Shown: positions 27,045 through 47,637, counted from the first letter of the whole stretch. The stretch: 63,454 nt of DNA, filler included, from Cercozoa sp. M6MM (GCA_040357565.1; 7 parts of 7 records of this genome joined end to end with filler, not necessarily neighbours in it); one strand, 5' to 3'. A program made the numbers and translations. The notes: a model not told the origin generated them from the sequence alone.

Positions 27045-29692
27045 AAGCACTCGAGCTACCGAGTCACCTCCTCGAGTGCCTCAATGAAGCACATTTCGCA
27101 CCCGTCGTTCTTCACTTGGGTGCAGATCTCAGTCACAACCTGGCCACATTCTCGATCGAATACTTACACGCCAAGTACATTTACCTGGACTAATCGAGAT
27201 TTCGGAAGCAGCAACAATCGCTTGGGCCGCTTCTGTAAGAACTCAACCAACGCCATCTTTTTGTCGCCGTCACTTGCATTAAACGAGTCGAGCAAGGAGG
27301 TATCTGTGTCATATGAACTAGCTTCGGTCTGCTGTTGCTTTCTCTGAGTGTCAGCTGCAGTTTGCTGCAGCACAGCTTTGGCTTCTGCATCGGCGGCGAC
27401 TTCCCACGCGTTCTCCTCTCGGACATCAAAGGTGTCTCTGCAGCGACTGGAATTAAAATGTAGAGACAGTAAGCACAGACGATTTAGTACTACAAGAAAC
27501 ACAGTACCTTGTTGAGCGAACCTCCGATCGGTTCAATTCATCAACTGCGAGAGACTGAACTGGCGCCTGTCGGGCCCGAAGCACTTCTTGTTCGAGCTTC
27601 AGGCGAATGCCTTCCATATCTGCCAGTACGCGGTCTATTCGTCGCTCGCCAAGTTCGCGCGAGCGCGAGAGACCGGTTTGCAGCTGCGCCACCTGCTTGC
27701 TCAGTGAGCTCTGTTCCAGTTTCACAATGAACAACAGTAAATTTAGGTTTAGCTTCTCAGAGACGAACTTACCAAAGCATGCTTCCACTGCGTCGTTGCA
27801 GTCTCCGCTCGGCGCAACTCCTGCAGCAGCTCGCTTTTGAGCTCACTTCGCAATTCGCGTTTCAATGACTCGCGCAGCTCCTCCTTCCAAGCGTCAACTT
27901 CGTCGCGACTCGGAACCCCACGCCGACTCGTCGGTGTCTTTGATTCCTCGCGCTGCTCAGTTTCGATACTTGTGGCAGGGCTATTGTTCTTGAAGCTGTC
28001 ATGTGGGGCGGTTTGTGCTCGGTCAGAAAACAGCGAGTCTGTAACAGTTCCGTCGGTTTCGCTGACGTCAGTTGTGAGTTCGTGTCGCTCCGGCTTCGTT
28101 GGCGACGTCTTCGGTCGCTCCGGCTCCGTTGGTGACGTCTTTGGTCGCGATACGTGGACAGCCTCCGTGGACTGTAGCGCTCTCTTTGCTGCCTCGCGGT
28201 TGGTCGGAACTGCACTCACCGATCGCGAGCTGTCAGTCTCCGACGGCACGTCACGAAAGTTGTCTTGCACCTCTGCATCGACCAGTTCGTTCCAACAGCG
28301 CTGTGCTTCCACCTAAATCCGCACTTGGTACGGTTATGAAGACCCAAATAATAAACGTACTGCGACAACTCGCACGTGCGTGATGCGATCGAAACGACGC
28401 TTCTCGAGTGCCGTGAGAACCTCGGCACGCACTCTGGACAGTTTCTTGAGCAGTTTCTCGTCCGTGCGGAACGAAGGAGACTGCGGACACAGCGAATGTG
28501 GAATGGTTTGCAACAAGTGGCAAGCTGCCCGTCTGCACTGCCACTGCTTGTCGACACTGGCATCGAGTGCGACGCACACCATCGCCGACAGCCACGGTGC
28601 CGTTGCCACACTGGCTACAGACACAACGGCGGCCAACAGCGTCACCATCTCTGCCCTGGCATCGACCTTCCCACCTGCAATATCACGCCGTGGTGCCAGC
28701 AATCGCAGTAACTACATCTCACGAGAACAGTACTAATGCATAGAAAGTTAAACATCTACGAGAGACACGACCCTGTTGGGTACGCTACCTGTGGCATAAG
28801 TCGTGGCAACGCAGGTGCGAGAATTCGTGTGTCGCAGTTGGAGACGACGGCAGTCAGGCATATCGCCGCTCCTAGTCGCGCGTTTCGGTGGCTTCGCTCA
28901 AAGCGCGTCACCAGCACGCGCAACACTCGTGCAAAGGGTGAAACTACCGGAAATTGCTCGCCTATCTCGCTTGATTCCTGTGTGACTCGTTTCTTCTGTG
29001 CGCACGGTATCAGCATCATGCTAGATGGTAATATTAAACTTACGAAATTCCGCTTCGTTACAGGAAGCACAGTGTGCACCATTAGAGCAGCGAAACTATC
29101 AGCGACGGCAGCGCGTACAGCTGAGTCAGAGTCGTCGCTGCGGTGTGCAAGCTGCGTCGTCATCGTGTTGACAAACGGAGCACAGGCAGCTCCATGAGCT
29201 TGCTAAAATAGATACATTGACACAACCAAGACAACAAGGGTTGCTGTGCAAAGAAGAACTTACCGCAATGATTCCATACAGTTGCGCGTACGCTTTGCGT
29301 GCTGAGGGCCGAAGCGCTGACGCGCACCCACTTCCTGCCGTGTTGATGGAGGCACGGAGCTCGTTGAGTATCACCGGGATCTGCTGCACTGGCAGCGCAC
29401 GCAGAACAAAGGCAAGCTGCTCGAGCGCTTGCTGCCGTGTGTCTGACGAATGCAGTTTCGCTAGAATTGTCGTCACATGCCGCTCAAGCTGGTGGCGCAT
29501 CTGCCTCTCAACACGTCCGTCACCTTCAACACTGGCTCCAATGGCACTTTCTGAGCGATAGCACGCGTGGTTTCAGATGAAAATAAAACATCAAAAAGTT
29601 AATCGCGAGAGCAACTCACTCAATCGTCGAGTGACGTCGTGTGCCTCTGCTCGTCGCAACTGCCGGCGAGCATCCCCCAGAGACGAGTGCAT
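27045..29692 (-). CDS. TORTIFOLIA1/SPIRAL2-like HEAT/TOG microtubule-associated protein, 3' truncated
   Basis: LERHVTTILAKLHSSDTRQQALEQL and LAHRSDDSDSAVRAAVADSFAAL resemble the TOR1 N-terminal HEAT region; later coiled coil LEQSSLSKQVAQLQ. Confidence 0.6.
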
Positions 29693-30582
29693 TTGATACA
29701 GCCACCGTCGTCCGACATCTGAAGTCGCCAGCAGTATCGCGGTTATACTTGCTTTCAGTGTGAGCACACATCCACGAGGACGCGAAAAAACAAAAAAGCA
29801 AAAAAACAGCACTGACGACGGTACATTCTTTTCTGATAGAAACTTTATCTTTCATTTCAGTTTTCTTAGTTCTTGATCGCGACTCCCAAACACTCGAAGA
29901 AGGAGAATGGAAGGTACTTACCTCTTTCGTTAGGTCTACCCTGACCAATGCAAATTGCTCTAATGAGCCCGAAACCATCACAACGGGCACCTTATTTATT
30001 GTACTTTTTTTTCACTGCACTTGCTTCCACCACACAAATGTCAAACCACATATCGAAGCAAGTGTGTCCAAGGGAGTCACATATAAGGTAATTATATTTC
30101 GATCGTTCATGATTTCCTGTCCTTTACCGACAAAAATCAAATAATAAAGAATAATGAAATGTGTGTGTCCATGTTGTTGTAATCACTAGCATCAAAGTCT
30201 TGACCACATAGTCGACAGCCCACCGCAGCAGCCGGAGACTGCGATCGCGGCCAAATCGTTTTATAGCCAGAGAGGCTTGAAACAGAAAACAGGGCGCATC
30301 CAGGATCAATCACCGACAAAGCAAGACAAATAAGAAACGCCCTAAAGACGCCGAGCGGGGTCGCTGCAGCACTAAACGCACAAGCGCGTGTAATCTCGTC
30401 TGCTGGGCAGTTCCGTGCCACTTGTGGTGTGCGTGTGACCAGCGAGCGCGGACATTTCATTGTAGTTTCTCATTCATCTCGAGCTCGCTTCTGTGTTTCG
30501 CCCTCTCCTTTGTGAAGCTTGCCTTTGCCTGTGTTCACATCGCTGTGTCCTGATGCGTAGGTTTAGTCCGCCAGCGTGTACT

Positions 30583-31842
30583 ATGGACGACGAGGACCTC
30601 GCAGCGCAAACGGATCCGCTGTCGGCCTTGCGAGGCAATACGGTCAATGGACAGGTATCTCGGTTGCTTTCGAGTGCAGTGTCAGTCTGACACGTGTGCA
30701 ACTGGAACTGGTATGCGCAGATCCCTTGCACGAATCTTTCGCGCACGGTGCGCGGACTGCGATCGCTGTCGCTCGGCGCAGACGACGCCACAGTCGCCGA
30801 GGCGCCGGCAGCTGCGCGCATCGAGGAGAAGGCCTCGCCAGAGACGCCGCCGAGCTTGTCGGACACGAGACCACCGCTGCATGATACACAGGTACATACA
30901 TACACACATACACACATACATACATAGACACATTATGTATAGATATAGTTATATATCGTTGTTAATAAAGATATATTTGTACATTGATATATATATATAT
31001 ATATATATTTATTTATTTACATAGAAATGATTATACAGTATGTATTGTGTGTAGTGGCAGCCAGTGATGTTGTCGGCCCCGATCTATGTCATGTCGCCTG
31101 ACACATCGGCCGCCCAGCGCAACTGTACCTGTTGCCTCTTCCCTTAACACCGTGTCTATTCTTCGGCCTTCCTACCCTTTGTCTGCTCTTTTGACTGCAT
31201 GACCTTTACTCCCTTTACCCCCCCCCCCACCCCCAGTGCCGTCGCCGGTGACGTCGCCGAGTCCGTCGCCAATGACACGGCAGCGCTACGTTCTGTCGCA
31301 GTTGCTGTATGTGCCTCCGTTGCCTGTTAGTCCTTTAGACCCCGAGGTACCTTGTGTAGAGTATCGCCGGCCCTGCCGATGCGTCAGTTCGCCATGTATC
31401 CGCAGTCACCTGCCTTGGTGTCTCCTCAGGTATCAACGAGCGTTGCTCTCTTAGTGCCTGGTGTTAGTGCCTTGTGTTAGTGCCTTGTGTTATCCTTCAC
31501 CTTGTGCGTGCTGGCGGGCAGATGTTCTCGCGCAGCAACGAGGTGCACGCCGGCGCGGCACAGTCGGCGATGCCGCCGCTGCCGCAGATGCCGTCGCTGC
31601 CGGCCGTGTCGATGACGATGCCGATGGGCCACCCGCATGCTCACTCGCATGGGCATGCTCATCCTCCTGCCAATGCGTATCCTCAAGCCCATGTGCACTC
31701 TCATCCGTCGCGACAGCAGCAGCAGTATCAGCAACAGCAGTTCGCGCAGCAGCCGAGTTACTTTGCACCGCCGTCGCAATACCCGCCGCAGTACCCGCCG
31801 CAGTATCCTGCGTACTCCTGCCTGCCTTGCTTGTCTGGGGGG
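30583..31842 (+). CDS. Hypothetical Pro/Ser/Gln-rich disordered protein, 3' truncated
   Basis: MDDEDLAAQTDPLSAL... continuous through GT-AG introns to QQQQYQQQQFAQQPSYF; no globular domain seen. Confidence 0.6.
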
Positions 31843-31942
31843 NNNNNNNNNNNNNNNNNNNNNNNNNNNNNNNNNNNNNNNNNNNNTTAATTAATTAANN
31901 NNNNNNNNNNNNNNNNNNNNNNNNNNNNNNNNNNNNNNNNNN

Positions 31943-33968
31943 TCAGGCGACAAGCTGACGACGCTGGCCACCGATGCTAGAGGACACGAGAACGACTGGC
32001 TCGCGCAAGTGCAGAACACGCAGGTCTACACCATCTCTGCGTGTGCATCTGCGTGTGCATCTGCGTGTATGTCTGTGTGTTTGGTAGTGGCTTGTGCACA
32101 TCCGGCGGGTTCTTTGGGCTGCAGCAGGTCTGTTCTTTTTGCTTTACTAAATACATATATGTATGTGTGTATGTATGTTGTATGTATGTATGTATGTATG
32201 TATGTATGTATGTATGTATGTATGTNNNNNNNNNNATGTATGTATGTATGTATGTATGTATGTATGTATGTATGTATGTATGCATGTATGTATGTATGTA
32301 TGTATGTATGTATGTATGTATGTTTGTATGTATATGTAGTAGGTATGTATGTATGGATACGTATGGTGAAAACAGCCACAGCATCGTTGTTTGCGACTCG
32401 TGGGAAGGGAAGATCGTGTCTCATTCATTGCAGGTATTTCCCTTCGTTTGGAAGGATGATCTGAGTCACATTTTGCATTTATCCTGAGCAGCGACGGCTG
32501 GGATCGCACCTCGCAGCTGTGCTCGTTGATCCAAATTTTGCTGGACCCTTTCTACCGCACTGTAGTTTACCTCTTGTGCCGCTATGCTTCCGTTGTCCGA
32601 TGCACCTTTCTTACTTCTATACAGTTGGCCGGTTTGCGTGTCCTAGTGTACAAGGACTGGCTGGCATTTGGCCATCAGTTTCAGTACCGCTCAGGTATAT
32701 CCTTTGTTTCTCCACTTTGGTATGTGCACACAATTTGGGATGTGGTACTGCAAAGGAGACGTCGCGAAACGTGACGAGCGATCGCCGATTTTTTTGCAGT
32801 TTCTGGACTGTCTGTACCAACTGGTGTCCTGTTTTGTCCTTGTTTCTGTTCTGTCCTGTTTATGTTCTGTCCTGTTTATGTTCTGTCCTGTCCTGTTTCT
32901 ATTCTGAACCATCTTCTCCCTATTTGTCCTGTTTTGTCCTGTTTTTGTCCTGTTTTGTCCTGTTTGTCTTGACCTGGCTTTGCTTGTATGTTGCAAACAG
33001 GTCGACCAGTTTCCGGATGCGTTTGCTTTCAACACGTACCGCACAATCACCTTTCGACCATTACGTTTCATTTGTGTGTCTGTGTTTTTGTATGATAGCA
33101 AGCTCGTGGCCGACCTAGCCACGCACAGTCATAGTCAGTGGTTCGGCGATTTCTTGTGCAACACGCAGCAGCAGCGACTGCAGCGACTCCAGGTGAGACT
33201 GTTCTCTGTTATTATACTCTAGCAGCGCGCCTGCTGTGTGTGCAACCTCGCTGTTTCACAGATACAACGCCGCAGCTATTCAATGTGGCAGTACCTGCAC
33301 ACGCACCGGAGCAAGTACCTCAACCCGCAACACAAGCCTGCTGGCGTGCTGACTCCTGTGACCTCGGTGAGTTGCGTTAGTATGCCTCCTTTCCTCTTAC
33401 CTGGCCCTGTGTTGGTACAGGCCAAGCTGCTGCGTCTGTGGAACGAGTACTACCTCCGCTACAATGAAGTCTTCTTCCGTGCCCGTGTTGTTGACCTGGT
33501 ACTCCTCTTACCTTGCACACGCCCTGTGAATGTCTTGTAATCGCACAGGAAGAGAGCGACTTGAGCGACCATATGGACCATCAGTATGTTGGATGTCGAA
33601 CCTGGACTGTCTTCAACCTAATTTGTCTTGCACATCATGGCAGGGTGCTCTGGGTGCCTGACGATTTTGCAAGCCAGTGTGCTGCATGCACTGCACCCTT
33701 CTCCTTCTGGTATTCGTGCTTTCTAACCTAGTGTTATGGTGGATGTATACTTTCGCACAGGAGACGAAAGTCGCACTGCCGGCTGTGTGGTCAGTTGTTC
33801 TGTGCCAAGTGTGTCGAGAAACGCCTGTTGTTGGCGCACCTGAACTACCCTCCTGTACGTTGCCATTCAACTCATGCTCTATGCACTCTGTGATTGTCTT
33901 GTCTTTAGAACCAGAAACAGAAGGTTTGTGACTCGTGTTTTAAGCGATTCACGCACAGCGAGCAGTAA
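31943..33968 (+). CDS. Myotubularin-family phosphoinositide phosphatase with C-terminal FYVE domain, 5' truncated
   Basis: LIHCS|DGWDRTSQL active site, [37 protein letters not shown]; [33 protein letters not shown]...VCDSC. Confidence 0.93.
32160..32355. repeat. (TATG)n microsatellite in a myotubularin intron
   Basis: Direct reading; contains a 10-N gap. Confidence 0.95.
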
Positions 33969-34410
33969 CGACTCGATGTGACACCTGTCGTTTCCTGTTT
34001 AAAGTGGCTAGTGCTCACAGCAGAGCCACAGCACAGCGTTTCTAGAGAACTACAGCAACTAAACTAGAGCAGAGATCTACCGATACTTTACCGATACTGA
34101 TTGGATATGTTGTTTTGCACACCTCTTTGTTTTCTGATCGATGAGTCATAAAATGTAGCCGCACATTGTTTCTGGCCGGCGACAGGCGTGTTTACGCAAG
34201 CAAACAGCTTTTTGGGTAGCGTGGCAGTGCTACGTGTTTTGGCAACTAGCTTGCGGTCAATGGTAGTGACTCAAGCTTAAACTCCAGACGTTTTCTGCAC
34301 AACGCCCGCTTCGCGCCACCAGCTGCGCACGACCTACGAGTTGCGTCCCTTGGCTACACTCTGTGCAAACAGTAGGTTACTCGCATACAGGTGTGGGATA
34401 ATACCACACG

Positions 34411-40915
<6,505 letters not shown>

Positions 40916-41200
40916 GCCAAGCGCCTTCGCTCCTCGTCATGGCTTCGTGCTCAGACAGATTGACGTCATTATTGCGGTATTGAGCTAACCAAATCGAACG
41001 ACTAACGTAACGTACACATACTCACGTTATTAAAGCAATTACAATCAATCCTGCGTTAATAACGACACTATCGGGGCGCACGGGATTAATTGGCATGACG
41101 CGACATGACGCGATCCAATCGATATCGAATTCAGTAACTCAGAGTCGGTGATTGTTTCGAATCACCCTCGAGAAACCGATAGTAGGGCGGTGCATCGGCG

Positions 41201-41393
41201 CTAGGCGCGGATGTACTTCTTAAAACCTTCAAGCATGCTGACTTCCATGAGCGAAGTGATGCACTGCTGCGCCTCATCGAACATGCCTCGTAGTTCCTCG
41301 TACTTGTCCTTAAAATCCTCTCTGCACCACAAGTATTACAACAGTGCCCCAGCAGAACACACAAACACACAAACACACAAACACACAAACACA

Positions 41394-41445
<52 letters not shown>

Positions 41446-41455
41446 NNNNNNNNNN

Positions 41456-41503
<48 letters not shown>

Positions 41504-43283
41504 CATGACACAACGTACAAGTCTACGACGCTCAAAGCCGTGATGTGCGCCGATATGTTCTCGCGCATATCTCCCGGAATGTTCACCTGGAAAGGCGCGT
41601 CGCTCGAGATGTAGTCCGCGTGGATCTGCGATACGAGCTGCATTTGCTCCCGGCGCACCTAAACGGGCACAGCAAGGCATAGAAGCCCAAAAATACATAT
41701 GCAGAGAAAGCAAAGACACCTCAACGTCGCCCTCGAACTGCTCGCGCGACGGAAAACGCTCTCGGAACACCTCGGCCGTTTCCTACAGTAAGCGTACGCA
41801 TAAGCATACAATATGGACTGGAGGAAGACGTGCGGACTACCCAGAAGATGACATTTTCGCTGCACAGCATGAGTGCGGCGTAGTCCTTGAAGGCAGCCAG
41901 CGTTGCCGGTTTGCGCAGTAACTGCACAGCATGCAGGCACCATGTTTCATTAGTTGTACCTTCACCCACCCGCCTTGGTGTGCTACGGTACCTGGGCAAG
42001 CGGCAAGGCAAGCACCTCGTCGAGCGAGCTCATTTTGTCCTCGCCTTGCTCCTTCTTGTCACTGCACGAGCACATACAACGTACACAGACAATAAACACA
42101 CAGAAGCCCGGACAAAACAGGTGTAGGTACCTGGAGGCCAGCTGCTTCTGCATGCACTGCAGCATGTCCCTGTTCATACACATACACATACACACAGGGA
42201 CACAAAGATGTGTTCCACAAAGCACTCACAGAAAGAGCTGTCTCGCCTGACCGCTGCCAAACACATATGTGCGCACCTGCCATACCGCGCACACAGACAC
42301 ACATGCAATGCTATAGATTCAACGCGCCAAGCACAGGAGACAGGCACTCACCTTGAGCGCACTGCCGGCAGAGCGTTCGTCCATGACACGCATCGTCAGC
42401 GTCAGACGGCGCGGGTCCGTGTACGCCTTGTTCACAGCACACAGCGACGTCTGCACACAGACACATGCATACACATACAGCAAAAGTTTCAGGGGCTAAG
42501 GAACTAAAGGGAAGCGTACCAGCGGAATCACGGAAGTGCGTCCGCGCGGAGTGCTGACGCTGATGACGTTCTCGACCTCGTTGACCACGAGCAATCGTTT
42601 GCGCTTGTGTTCAATGCCAATGTTCTTGACCTGGAAAGAGTGCATCAGTTTCACGACACTGAACTGCGCCGTTCTCTGAAGGACACACCACAGGGACATA
42701 TAAGCAGAAGATTTGGACACAAGGAGGAAGAGGCACCTGTCCCTCGGGCAGCATGGACGATGCGGCATCGGCGCCCACGTTGATCACGCGGCATCTGCAC
42801 AAGCACAGATACACATCAGCGGGCGAGGGGACCAAAAGGACGCAGGCAGTACCCGAGCGAGGACAGCGACTCGGCAAAGTGGCGCAGCTCAAAGGCACCC
42901 TCCTCGCTGCGGTCGAACTGCAGCTCGAGGTCGCGCTGTTCGCGGGTAGCCTGTCACAACAGATATGCACAGATACACATAAACAACAGATGCACCTAAA
43001 GCTACCGTGAAGCGCAGGACAGCAAAGCCGCCGCCATGCTCGCCGTCGTCGCCGTGGTGGTTGTGGCTCACATCTTCTTCCTCCTCCTGCCCCCAGAAAC
43101 ACAAGTGCATGTGCATATCCAGCATAGTACCAAAGTCGATGTTACATCCGTCGAGTGATGGATCTCGACCTCGGACACGTCGCACAGATCGAACTCCTTG
43201 TGCACCTTGCGTGCCTTGGTCAGTACCTAGACCAAAAAGAGCAAGCACTCAAAGGCAAGCAAAGGGGAGATAGAGATAGAGAT

Positions 43284-43341
<58 letters not shown>

Positions 43342-43665
43342 AAGCGAGAGAGAGGACTACCTTGAGACGCTTCTGCAGCGCATCGATGGCAATGATGTGC
43401 GGCTTAAAACCGGGCGCGTACTTGCCACGTTTTTGGATGCGGTACTCGGCGTATTCCTCCTCTCCTGCCACTGAGGCTGCCGTTGTCTCCTCGCTTGGCT
43501 GCACACACAACACACGCGTCTCGGGAGGGATTCTGGTTAACTTAAAGGGATAGCGGTACCTGGATTGACGCAGAGTCATCATCGTCCGACAGATGCGAGT
43601 GACTCTGCGAACCGTGCGATTGGGCGCCGGCATTGTGTCTGCGAAGACACACAGAGGGCATCTCT

Positions 43666-43713
<48 letters not shown>

Positions 43714-43723
43714 NNNNNNNNNN

Positions 43724-43784
<61 letters not shown>

Positions 43785-45847
43785 AACACACACACACACA
43801 CACCACAGGTTTCGAAGGAGCAGGTACTGTGCAGCGTTCTGCATGGCGTGCGACAACTCTTGGCGGAACATGTGCATGTCTTCTCCTGCGACAGATCCCG
43901 TTTACCCGTACTCGCTTAAGCAAATCACCTGACACTGACATATCTTGATACCATTGAGGAAGCAAAATTCGTAAGGGCGGTGCTCGTGTTGCTTGCCCTG
44001 TATAGCACAAGCGCACAGATATGATATCCCGTCCCCAACACTAAGCTGGTAGTACGAAGAAGACGCGCAGCGCGTACTTTCCTGGCTCGCTCGAGACCAC
44101 TTGTGTCTGCGTGTATGAGAGGCACGATAAGCAATCGCCCTTCTGGGTTCCTGGTCTTGGGTTTAACGTACGTGGGTGATGAAGGCCAGCGGAATTTCTG
44201 TCGATGGCTGCAGGTCACTGCTCCCCAAGCATCTCATACCATTCCATATCACTATCACTATCACTCCATACCACTATCACTATCACTCCATACCACTACC
44301 ACTATATATGTATATATACATGCACGTGTGCGTGTGTGTGAACAAGGGGCCATACCTGTTGAGCAGCTTCAACAGTTTGGTGCGATCCTCCACGCGAACG
44401 TAACGTTGCTGCCGCACGCCGTAGCGCGACCGCTTCGTTACCTGCACACATGTAATGCATCCCTCGAGGAAGCCCCCTACTAAAAATATACGGACTGACC
44501 TGGTAGAGCGTGGCCTGTGCGCCAACTTCCGGTGCGTTGGGCTTGTGCTATTCCATAGAGGCCACATAGAACAGGGCACACACGCATGTATAGACATCAC
44601 TACTTCTAAGTCGAACAGTGCCAGTGGCAGCGTTCGCTCATCGACAGTGATGTTGTGCCGCTTCAGCAGCGACAGCAGCATCGTCACCTAAACACACATA
44701 CGCATAGAGATGTATACACACACGTAGATATGTGCACATGCAAGGGTACCGACTCGCGCGCCACCTTGACTTCTCTGCGGAGGGAGGCAACGACCTCGTC
44801 GTGCTTCGGGTGCTTGCTCGTATCCAGCGGGTCCTCCTCCAGCACATCATCGTGCACCGTCGCCGGACTGGCGACCTTAGTATCAGTGGAAAGGCGATGC
44901 ACAGCTGCACATGGTCAGGGTCATTCTGTCTACCTCCGAGACGTCGCCCTCAGCGGTCGTTCGCGACTCGGCCTGTACACGATGATCATAGTGCACACCC
45001 AATGAGGTATGCAGGACAAAGAGAACAGGGTACCGCTGAGTCCTCGGCGGTCTCAATGAGAGAGCCGCCGCCACCTCCGACGCTGAGCCGACGCATTCGT
45101 CTGCCGGTCAGTGCCTGTGCTCAGGAGGTAAAAGCAAGTGGGAAAGCATGATGTCAGAAAGCAGTGCCATGTGAAACGATGACAAGAGCGCAATGATGCG
45201 CGCGTGTCGGCGCGAGCGGAAACGACGTGTAGGGTGGTCGCTGTCCCTGCAACACATAGATACACATATACGGATATAGATAGCCAGTCGAAAGGTGATG
45301 TGTGGCGCGTGTGTGTGTGTGTGTACGTGGGAACGCGAAGCACGAACTCGTTGCGCGTGTCCTGCCCAGCAATATCCGCGTCACATCACAGCGTATTGGT
45401 AGAACTCCCCCTCCCGCCTGTGCACACAACGCAGAGAGCCTACCGTGTAGCCGACGCTGCGGATCTTATCGATAGGCACACGAGCCTTGCACTTCTTGTA
45501 ATTGTTCGGTTCCGTCAAATACAGCGCCTTCTGCGTGATCAGCAGCACTCTGCACACACACACACACATACACACACACATACATGCACACAGCAGCAGC
45601 AGCAGCGTCCTGCATAAGGTTGAGAGAGTGGCAAAACTCCTAGTGTACCGCGTTTGATCCTTGCCGTGACGTGAAATCTTTGTCACCATTTCAGTGAAGT
45701 AAACATTTTCCTCGTCAGGTTCGTTGACGCCGTTGCGCTCAAGCATCTTGAGGATGTGCGGATGGCCTGCACAAGTGCAAGTACACATCACTTAACCGGG
45801 GGGGGGGGGCCCGAGTGTGCATTCAAATCATCCGCCACCTCCGACAT
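41201..45847 (-). CDS. Multi-PH-like (N-terminal myosin-I TH1-like) protein with C-terminal RGS domain, spliced; start uncertain
   Basis: N-terminal VYFTEMVTKISRHGKDQTR|VLLITQKALYL; RGS AFKDYAALMLCSENVIFW...IHADYISSDAPFQVNI...FDEAQQCITSLME. Confidence 0.75.
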
Positions 45848-46574
45848 TCAGACCATCGTCGCGAAGGTCAACTTGCGGTAGCGATGCCACAGGAGCCGGA
45901 GATGCCATCTACAACGGAACGTGAGTGCGTGCAACAAGCAGCAGAAAGACCAACAACTGGCAAACATGGCATTTTTTGATCAACATGTAGGCCTCTAACC
46001 TCTTCGTGTGTGCCGGTGCTCATATTGCACAGATACAGTGGAACACAGCGCGCTCCTAAAGCAGGCAAGAAGCGCTTGGGTCCAAAAGTGAAAACGGGCT
46101 CAAAAAATCACCCGAACACAGCCGTTTCTCACAAAAAAAACAACTGGCAAAGCATAAAATCCATTGCCGCCAAAGCAACCAGTGGTTCAAAAATACGAAG
46201 TTACACTCCTGATCGATCGACACAGAGTCAGAAGAGGAAGATGTGGGTGGTATGATGTTGTACACTGAGGTACCTCCTCTTTTCTTCGCCCGATCAAAAC
46301 CCAGCTCTCGAGGGTTAAACCTGAGATGTACTTCCGGGCCCCGGGTGCAGGATTCTCCGCGTTTGTCTCTTGGGCGTGCTCCTGAGCAACCGGAAGCTGC
46401 TTGTTTTATAACGACCCCTCAGGCTCGATCGGTCCAAATGAACGGTCCAAATTATTTTATGATATTTTTATTATTTATTCTACTGTACGGCGCCGGTGCT
46501 CCAAAATGCAGGAGTCCAGAGTCCAGTAACTCGCTTCTGGACGGCGAAAGTGTGTGCTTCCCCGTGCTAGCGAA

Positions 46575-47274
46575 ATGGCAGATCACCTCCGCTGGCTGCG
46601 ATTGGTCGCTAACCGAGCGGCGCACAAGAAGTCTGTTGGGGTGAGATATCGCAATTGACCGTTTTGTCTTGATCATTTTAGTATACTGGACAAAAATTTG
46701 TTGCTGTTCTCATGTGTGTCCATGCTTTGTGTGGACATGTGAACGGTTGGCCATGTTTAACGGTTGGTCTTGAAAAATCTGCAGGATCATCAGTTGCAGT
46801 TGGTTCGAAAGCGTCTTGATGTCTTTGGTGGTGTTATGCCTGGCACGCCGAACACCGGGTATTGTAACTTGCTCCCATCATGCTCGAAAAAGATCTGTGC
46901 ATGGTCTTTCTGTCGTGCAGTCGCAGAATTTTGCGCAAGAAGCTGATTGGCCCTGCGCTCAACGACTGGTACCCGCAGCATGTGCGACTCGTCAAAAACC
47001 TCGCCTACCGTCATGCGCCAAAGGGCATCAACAAGGCCTTCAAGTACTGCTACTATTTTGCTTTCCAGCGATGTCTAATTCCCTTTTTTCAAAAAGGGGT
47101 CTCGGTGTCTGGTACGACGAAGAATTCGAAGAGAAAAAGGCGTTCAAGGTACTGCGTTTTGTCTTGCGGTTTGTGGAGGTTTCTCATTCTTCATGTATTG
47201 TGTAGGCCTTCAAGGGCGGATACCTCGTGCCTCGCAAGGGCACGGGATCGCGTGCCACCAAAAAGAAGAAGTAG
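46575..47274 (+). CDS. Mitochondrial small-subunit ribosomal protein mS33 (RSM27)-like, spliced
   Basis: DVFGGVMPGTPNTG|RRILRKKLIGPALNDWYP and basic C-terminus PRKGTGSRATKKKK. Confidence 0.7.
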
Positions 47275-47515
47275 TGAAGGACACCACGACCGGCATTGGC
47301 ACTGCACAAAAATATTTTATGATGGCTCTCGTCGCCTCGTCGCGTCGCCAGACGGTGCCAAGTGTCAGTCGGTCACTTGGTGCTCAAAGAAGTGGCATGT
47401 TTTACAAAGTGAATGATTTTACATCGCATTCGGGCATTCAGATTAAATTCCCTCTAAACGTATCTATTCGTAGACTGACTATTCCAAAAAGCGAATAAAG
47501 GGCGAACACGACAAC

Positions 47516-47637
47516 ACTCCAAATCGAGAAAAGGGCACCTCAGCGAAAACACATACAGTACTNNNNNNNNNNACTCCAAATCGAGAAAAGGGCACCTCAG
47601 CGAAAACACATACAGTACTCCAAATCGAGAAAAGGCA
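47516..47637. repeat. 44-bp tandem repeat (ACTCCAAATCGAGAAAAGGGCACCTCAGCGAAAACACATACAGT), at least 2.5 copies spanning a gap
   Basis: Copies start at 47516, 47573 and 47617 (partial); a 10-N gap lies inside, so copy number is unknown. Confidence 0.85.

Noticed and set aside
47516-47637. CRISPR-like repeat
   Set aside because: Head-to-tail tandem units with no unique spacers, eukaryotic context, no cas genes.
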